Source: a virus
Lineage: Duplodnaviria > Caudoviricetes
Virus record (IMG/VR): IMGVR_UViG_3300030451_001250
Location: 1 to 39,924 of that record
Length of the DNA: 39,924 nt
Reading direction: 5' to 3' (one strand)
Shown: in pieces, positions 34,191-39,924 of the stretch
How positions within the stretch are numbered: position 1 is the first letter of the stretch
Layout: every line of letters begins with the position of its first letter
Notes under the pieces: generated by a model
Told to the model about the DNA's origin: nothing
The model's database searches: none
Seen by the model: the letters and a program-made list of their open reading frames with translations, nothing else
Translations under genes and position numbers: made by a program

Positions 34191-34510
34191 TGGGTAAAAA
34201 AGGAACAAAAGCAGAAACTATTATTAGATCACAAAAGTTTGCTCGTATTATTGCAAATGGTGGTCGTAGATCTGACTGCGTTCGCTATGCCTCAGAAAAC
34301 TGGGGGGTTGGGGAAAGAACTGTAGATAAGTATTTAAACATCGCTAGAGCAGAGTTAAAGAGAGACTGGGACATGGAAAGACCCCAAATGGTGGCTGATC
34401 TTTTGGCGCAATGTAGCACCTTACAGATGGAAGCTAGAAAAGCTGGTCATTATCACATTGCTCTCGGTGCAATCAATACAGCGGCAAAACTTGCGCAGAT
34501 TGTTTCGTGA
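34190..34510 (+). CDS. terS: Terminase small subunit (HTH-containing)
   Basis: HTH 'WGVGERTVDKY', C-terminal 'ALGAINTAAKL', directly upstream of TerL. Confidence 0.7.
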   Translation: MGKKGTKAETIIRSQKFARIIANGGRRSDCVRYASENWGVGERTVDKYLNIARAELKRDWDMERPQMVADLLAQCSTLQMEARKAGHYHIALGAINTAAKLAQIVS

Positions 34511-35853
34511 GCATTTTAGATACGGCAAGAACAGGAAATGTTTTATATCAAATTGGTGCTTATGACTTACCGACAGCAGATGAAGCGATAGAGCGTATAA
34601 ATCAAGACTTACTCCCTCATCAATCAAAGTTTTGTGATGACCTCGATCATAGGAAACTAGCACTTGTCTGCGGCTTCGGTGCTGGTAAAACTCATGCGTT
34701 AATTTCAAAATCTTGCATACTGGCAGCACTTAATGTCGGTCATGTGTCTGCAATCTTTGAACCGACTGCCCCAATGCTTAGAGATATTCTGCAAAGAACG
34801 ATGAATGAACTGCTAGACCAATGGCAAATACCTTACACATTTAGGGCTTCACCATTACCTGAGTACAATCTAGAATTTGCAGAGGGAACACATACAATCC
34901 TGCTAAGAACAATGCTTACATATCAGCGATTAAGAGGGCAAAACTTATGTGCAGTCGGATTTGATGAGGCAGATACTGTTCCAAAAAGAGATGCGGAGCA
35001 GGCAATGAACATGGCACTTGCAAGATTAAGATCAGGTAATGTTCAACAGTTTTATGCAACAACAACTCCCGAAGGTCATGGTTGGGCATTTGAAACATTT
35101 GAAAAGAATAAAAAATCTGATACAGGATTAATACAGGCAAAGACAAAAGATAATCCTTACCTTCCCGACAACTTCATTGAATCTCTTGAGGAAAACTATC
35201 CACCGCAATTAATAAAAGCTTACTTACTAGGCCAATGGGTCAACCTTACAAGCGGTCAGGTTTATGATCGGTTTAATCGTAATGATCATGTAATTAATAA
35301 AATACCTTTTGATATCAAGATGGAGGTATTAAGAATCGGGGTCGATTTTAACGTAATGAATTGTAACGCCGTTGTTGGTGTCAAGTCTGGAGACAAGTTA
35401 ATTATCATAGATGAAATATCAAAACAAAATGATACAGATGCGTTGGCACAGGAAATACTCAGGCGTTATCCTTCAAACAGAATATTAGTTTACCCAGACG
35501 CAAGTGGCTCAGCACGTTCAACGATTAATGCATCAAAAACAGACATTGCAATCCTCGAAAGTTACGGATTCAGTTCAATGGCTCTCAAGAGCAACCCCTT
35601 TATCAAAGATAGAGTTGCAACCGTCAATGCGTTACTACAGAACGGCAAAGGGGAACGACGTTTGGAGATTCATGCCCGTTGCACTCGTTTAATTGAGTGC
35701 CTTGAGTTGCAGAGCTACGATGAAAGAACAGGAGATCCAGATAAACAGAATGGATACGATCATCACGTGGATGCGTTAGGATATTTAATTTATCGTGAAT
35801 TTAATATACTTTATGGTAGGGCAGGCAAGCCGACTGGTATTAGAATATATTAA
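34507..35853 (+). CDS. terL: Terminase large subunit
   Basis: Walker A 'GFGAGKT', Walker B 'GFDEAD', 'TTTPEG' and RNase H-like 'GVDFN...DH.VDALGY'. Confidence 0.95.
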   Translation: MSILDTARTGNVLYQIGAYDLPTADEAIERINQDLLPHQSKFCDDLDHRKLALVCGFGAGKTHALISKSCILAALNVGHVSAIFEPTAPMLRDILQRTMNELLDQWQIPYTFRASPLPEYNLEFAEGTHTILLRTMLTYQRLRGQNLCAVGFDEADTVPKRDAEQAMNMALARLRSGNVQQFYATTTPEGHGWAFETFEKNKKSDTGLIQAKTKDNPYLPDNFIESLEENYPPQLIKAYLLGQWVNLTSGQVYDRFNRNDHVINKIPFDIKMEVLRIGVDFNVMNCNAVVGVKSGDKLIIIDEISKQNDTDALAQEILRRYPSNRILVYPDASGSARSTINASKTDIAILESYGFSSMALKSNPFIKDRVATVNALLQNGKGERRLEIHARCTRLIECLELQSYDERTGDPDKQNGYDHHVDALGYLIYREFNILYGRAGKPTGIRIY

Positions 35854-35879
35854 AAGTAATGGTACTATGAGGAAAAACC

Positions 35880-37277
35880 GTGTATAGCTCTCTGAATATT
35901 TACAATCAGCCTGTAACACTAGCTCCTACAACGGTTGCGAGTCCTAATGCTGCCTATCAAAGGATGGCAAATTTCTGGGATTTGGTTGAAGATTTGAAAG
36001 AGGGAACATATAAGATCAGGAGTGAACATAGAAAGTATTTACCGCAAGAAGCTCGTGAGACTGATGATTCATATGATGTTAGATTAAGTAGATCAACAGT
36101 AGTGCCATATTTGCAAAGAATCGAAAAAATGTTAAGCGGTATGCTCGTCAGAAAGCCTATAAGACTTGATGATGTATCTGACTTAGTAAGAGAACAGTTA
36201 TTTGATGTCGATTTAGAAGGTAATGATTTAAACGTCTGGTTATATCAAACATCAAGAATTGCAATAAGCTTTGGTCACGTAGGGGTGCTTGTTGATGCTC
36301 CGAAAGATGGAGATAAGGCACGGCCATACTGGGTGACATATAAACCATCAGATATTTTGGGTTGGAGGACTGAGATAGTAGAAGGCACAAGAAAATTAAT
36401 GCAAGTACGTTTAATGGAGCAGGTTGTTGAAAACGATGGACAGTATGGAGAGAAGTTAGTGAAACAAATAAGAGTATTAGAACCAGGCCGTTATGAAATA
36501 CATAGAAAAGATGATAAAAAAGGTGAATATAAGTTATTTGAAGAAGGCGAGATGAGTTTAAAGGATAAAATTCCTTTTTCTGTTGCTTATGCGAATAGGG
36601 TGGGAATGTTTGAAAGTCGCAGCCCTTTGTATGACATTGCAGAATTAAACCTCAAGCATTATCAAATTCAAAGTGACCTGGACAATATTCTGCATATCAG
36701 TTCTGTTCCTTTATTAGCTGTTTTTGGATATCCCAATGCAGATGAAATAACAACAGGGCCGAATGAAGCATTGTCATTACCACCTGAATCAAGAATGGAA
36801 TATATCAGCCCTTCTGGTGATAGTTATGATAGTCAATTTAAAAGACTTACAGATATTGGCGAACAGATCAATACATTGTCATTAGCAGCAGTATTAGGGC
36901 AGAAACTTGTAGGAGAAACAGCAGAGGCCAAAAGGATAGATAGATCACAGAATGACAGCACAATGATGGTCATTGCACAGCAGATGCAAGACTTGATTGA
37001 TAACTGCCTTAAGTTTCATAGTGAATATCTAAATGAACCTAATGCTGGCAGTAGTTTTGTCAATAGAGATTTTGTCAGTGCAAGATTAGATCCACAGGAA
37101 ATTCAATCATTATTACAACTATTTACTGCTGGTACTATCAGTCAGGAGACATTACTTACACAATTAAGCAGTGGCGAGATTCTTGGTGATGATTTCGACG
37201 TAGAAGAAGAAGTTGAGGTAACTCAAGCAGGTGGATTAGTTGAAATGGAAGCCCCAACCCAACCTGACGCAGCTTAA
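35880..37277 (+). CDS. Portal protein (DUF4055-type)
   Basis: GTG start; 'YLPQE.RE...SY..RL', 'FGHVGVLVD', 'PLYDIAELNLKHYQ.QSD'; follows terL. Confidence 0.88.
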   Translation: MYSSLNIYNQPVTLAPTTVASPNAAYQRMANFWDLVEDLKEGTYKIRSEHRKYLPQEARETDDSYDVRLSRSTVVPYLQRIEKMLSGMLVRKPIRLDDVSDLVREQLFDVDLEGNDLNVWLYQTSRIAISFGHVGVLVDAPKDGDKARPYWVTYKPSDILGWRTEIVEGTRKLMQVRLMEQVVENDGQYGEKLVKQIRVLEPGRYEIHRKDDKKGEYKLFEEGEMSLKDKIPFSVAYANRVGMFESRSPLYDIAELNLKHYQIQSDLDNILHISSVPLLAVFGYPNADEITTGPNEALSLPPESRMEYISPSGDSYDSQFKRLTDIGEQINTLSLAAVLGQKLVGETAEAKRIDRSQNDSTMMVIAQQMQDLIDNCLKFHSEYLNEPNAGSSFVNRDFVSARLDPQEIQSLLQLFTAGTISQETLLTQLSSGEILGDDFDVEEEVEVTQAGGLVEMEAPTQPDAA

Positions 37278-37280
37278 TGA

Positions 37281-39497
37281 ATGTCAACTCCAGAGGTATT
37301 CTACAGAGAGACAATTGATCTCAACCGTTTTAGTAATTCTGTTGCTAAGAAGTATGCTGTAACTTATAACGAAATAATATTAAAGGCTGCAAAACAATTA
37401 AGAGATATAGATATAAGACAAAGAAAAGCTGGAGAAGCGGTTGTTATTGCACCACAGACAAGAAAAAGATTAAGGGCAATTATAAAACAAGCAAAAAATA
37501 GTTTAAACACTTGGTCTAGTGCTACGGCTAGAGATTTTAAAAAAGAATTGCAAGGGATAACTGTTTTACAAAGAGATTTTATTGTAAAAGAGCTTAAGAA
37601 AGTAACAGCATCAGGAGATGTGCCAATAAATAGTGTTGCTGTAAGCCCGAAGTATGCAGATTCTTTTATAAATACTGATCCAACTCAAACAAATATCTTT
37701 ACTAGCAAAGAATTTACAGAAGATGACTTTGTAAAGTTTGGCTCTGGAAAGTTTGAACTTACTGCAAGACAAGGTGCTGCTGTAACATTGCCAAATGGAC
37801 AAACTGTAGAAAAGGCATTTCGAGGTATTGCAACCAGTTCACAACAAAAACTTGCATTAGCGATCAGATCGGGTGTTTTTAGTGGAGAAACAACGCAGCA
37901 GATAGCAAGGAGATTAGTTGGTAGGCTAGATTTTAACCAACCAGGGTCTGTAAAACAAATTGCAGCAGCAGGTGGTGAGGTGACCAAACTTGCCAATCAT
38001 CAAGTACAAACGATTGTAAGAACATCAATTAATCAGGCACAAAACCAAGCAAGTCAAGCGGTTTATGCAGCAAATAGTAAAGTTGCTCCTAAATATGAAT
38101 ATGTTGCAACGCTAGATTCTAGAACAAGCTCAATATGTCAGAGGTTGGATGGTCAGAAGTTTTCATATAACAAAGGCCCAATACCACCGCAGCACTTTAA
38201 TTGTCGTTCAACGACTGTTCCTGTTGTTGACTTTGATGGGTTGCAGAAGAAATATCCTTCTTTAGAAAAGCCACCAGCGACTGCACTTGATACAAGACCA
38301 AGTATTACAGGCCGAGTCCCACAGAATGTTGCTTATGGCGATTGGTTATTAAATCAGGATCGAAAACTGCAAGTTAAGACTTTAGGCAACGAAGGAAAAG
38401 TCAATTATTTTAAAAAATTAGCAAAGAAGGAAGGTTCTGGACAGGCAGCTTTGCGGAAGATGATAAGAACAGATGGAAGTGAGAGAAGTTTAAAGGACTT
38501 GGAAAGATTATATGGCAAGCCTAGTGCAATCAAGCCAAAGGTCAAACCAGAGGTAGCCACTTCTCAAATCAAGACTTCACCTGTTATGGGTACGAATGGA
38601 GTTGATAAGTATTTAGTTGACAATAATATTGCCAAAACTTCACAAGAGTTTATTGAAGATAGTCTTGATAGTTTAGAAAAACTTGGCGGATTAACAAAAA
38701 CTAATGTCAAAAAGATGCGTAAATTCATGAAAAAAACTAAATTAATAAATCATTTCAACATGAAAGGAGAAAAGACAGATTTAAAACAAATAAAAGAAAA
38801 GTTTTTAACAGGAAACAATCTCAAAGCTTTCAAAGAACAACTAAAAGCCACAGAGAAAAGATTCGCTATACAACAAGCTAAACCTAAAATGTCCAAAGAG
38901 TTTAAAGAGTGGACAAGTCCTTTACTAGGAGGTATAAGAACACAATTTCAAATACTTAATAAGGGTAAAGGCCCAGCTTTTGACAGATACATGGTTAGTC
39001 AACATTTTAAAAATGCTGGCGGTCTTAATTTAGGATTTACAAATACAAACTATTCCATTGTTCATGCTCAATTAACAACACAGTCAAAGAAAATTAATTT
39101 AAATCTTGCAAAGAAAATGAAAGCAAGTGCAACAAAAACTTTAGATAATAATGCTTTACTACATAATCGTGGTTATGACTTTGCAAGACAAAATAATTTA
39201 AAAGAGATATGGGGAACTTCACAACCTATGTCTGCTGATATGCAATGGTTCTCTACATTTATTCACGAGACAGGACATCAAGTTCATTTTCAATCTGGAG
39301 CAAACACACTAGGCAGACAGTTTCAAAAACTAAAAGGAATGACTTTTACCTCTGAATACAGTAGAAAGAACACCTTTGAACAATTCGCTGAAGGGTTTAC
39401 AATGTATATATTGAACCCAGAGGGTTTACAAAAAAATGCACCTCGACTCTATAATTGGATAGACGAGGCAATTGACCTTGCAATCAAAGAAGCATGA
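37281..39497 (+). CDS. MuF/SPP1 gp7-like minor head protein with a C-terminal zinc metallopeptidase
   Basis: MuF motif 'VATLDSRTSSICQRLDG...PPQHFNCRST'; C-terminal 'FIHETGHQVH...SEYS..N..EQFAEGF'. Confidence 0.88.
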   Translation: MSTPEVFYRETIDLNRFSNSVAKKYAVTYNEIILKAAKQLRDIDIRQRKAGEAVVIAPQTRKRLRAIIKQAKNSLNTWSSATARDFKKELQGITVLQRDFIVKELKKVTASGDVPINSVAVSPKYADSFINTDPTQTNIFTSKEFTEDDFVKFGSGKFELTARQGAAVTLPNGQTVEKAFRGIATSSQQKLALAIRSGVFSGETTQQIARRLVGRLDFNQPGSVKQIAAAGGEVTKLANHQVQTIVRTSINQAQNQASQAVYAANSKVAPKYEYVATLDSRTSSICQRLDGQKFSYNKGPIPPQHFNCRSTTVPVVDFDGLQKKYPSLEKPPATALDTRPSITGRVPQNVAYGDWLLNQDRKLQVKTLGNEGKVNYFKKLAKKEGSGQAALRKMIRTDGSERSLKDLERLYGKPSAIKPKVKPEVATSQIKTSPVMGTNGVDKYLVDNNIAKTSQEFIEDSLDSLEKLGGLTKTNVKKMRKFMKKTKLINHFNMKGEKTDLKQIKEKFLTGNNLKAFKEQLKATEKRFAIQQAKPKMSKEFKEWTSPLLGGIRTQFQILNKGKGPAFDRYMVSQHFKNAGGLNLGFTNTNYSIVHAQLTTQSKKINLNLAKKMKASATKTLDNNALLHNRGYDFARQNNLKEIWGTSQPMSADMQWFSTFIHETGHQVHFQSGANTLGRQFQKLKGMTFTSEYSRKNTFEQFAEGFTMYILNPEGLQKNAPRLYNWIDEAIDLAIKEA

Positions 39498-39688
39498 ACG
39501 CAACTGAAGCACTACAACTTTCTAAAGAATTTCCAAAGAATAGGACTGTGCCTAGACGTATTTTTGATGCAATGCAAAAAACAAGGGGAGAAGAAAAATA
39601 CAAATTTAAATGGATTGTTGAAGGTCTTTACAGAGATGCAAAAAAAATAGAGGATTTTGATTTACTAAGTAAATACTTTGGAGACTGA
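39494..39688 (+). CDS. Small protein, putative immunity partner of the MuF toxin
   Basis: 64 aa, ATGA-coupled immediately downstream of the MuF-peptidase gene. Confidence 0.5.
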   Translation: MNATEALQLSKEFPKNRTVPRRIFDAMQKTRGEEKYKFKWIVEGLYRDAKKIEDFDLLSKYFGD

Positions 39689-39819
39689 TGCCACTAAAAA
39701 AAGGTAAATCACAAAAGTCTATCTCTGGCAACATACGTTTGCTAATGAAAGAGGGTAAGACATTAAAACAAGCTCAAGCAATAGCTTTATCAACTGCTAA
39801 AAAACGCAAAAGGAAGTAA
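39688..39819 (+). CDS. Small basic protein (43 aa, MPLKKGKSQKSISGNIRLLMKEGKTLKQAQAIALSTAKKRKRK)
   Basis: Translated by hand; TGATG overlap; its 3' part is repeated at 1-76. Confidence 0.75.
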   Translation: MPLKKGKSQKSISGNIRLLMKEGKTLKQAQAIALSTAKKRKRK

Positions 39820-39924
39820 AATATAAATAATTACTTTTCTTATCATGTATGGTAAGTCTAAAAAAACAAAAAAAATTAAAAAAGGAGGCAAAAAGTAATG
39901 GGATATACATTCAAAGTCCAGACT
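39744..39924. repeat. Terminal direct repeat, right copy
   Basis: Identical to 1-181. Confidence 0.95.

Overview
The window is an apparently complete, circularly assembled dsDNA tailed phage genome of about 39,743 bp unique length; bases 1-181 are repeated exactly at 39744-39924. It is AT-rich with a siphovirus-type gene set. Head and tail genes on the + strand run: ParB-domain DNA methylase, TerS, TerL, portal, MuF-like minor head protein with a C-terminal HExxH metallopeptidase, scaffold, major capsid, neck proteins, tail tube, frameshifted tail chaperone, tape measure, a lambda-like gpM/L/K/I/J tail tip and several fibre/chaperone modules. A mostly minus-strand early/replication arm encodes SSB, an HTH protein, a Rad52/Sak-type annealase, a RecE-like PD-(D/E)xK exonuclease, VRR-NUC and an SF2 helicase, with an RHH protein, a PrimPol-PriCT2-VirE primase/helicase and a likely iteron origin on the + strand. 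I recognised no integrase, CI repressor, endolysin, tRNA, CRISPR array or photosynthesis gene. A marine picocyanobacterial (Prochlorococcus-like) host is an inference from AT content and resemblance to cyanophage hypothetical proteins, not a demonstrated fact. The most unusual region is 19.4-23.7 kb, where lysis genes would be expected. It holds a coupled cassette of signal-peptide and membrane proteins (two paralogous beta-rich secreted subunits, a beta-hairpin plus coiled-coil pore candidate and membrane anchors), converging on two candidate structured small RNAs. Other notable points are a gpL lacking its Fe-S cysteines, a MuF protease toxin with a putative immunity gene, four repeated early promoter cassettes and many unannotated micro-ORFs.
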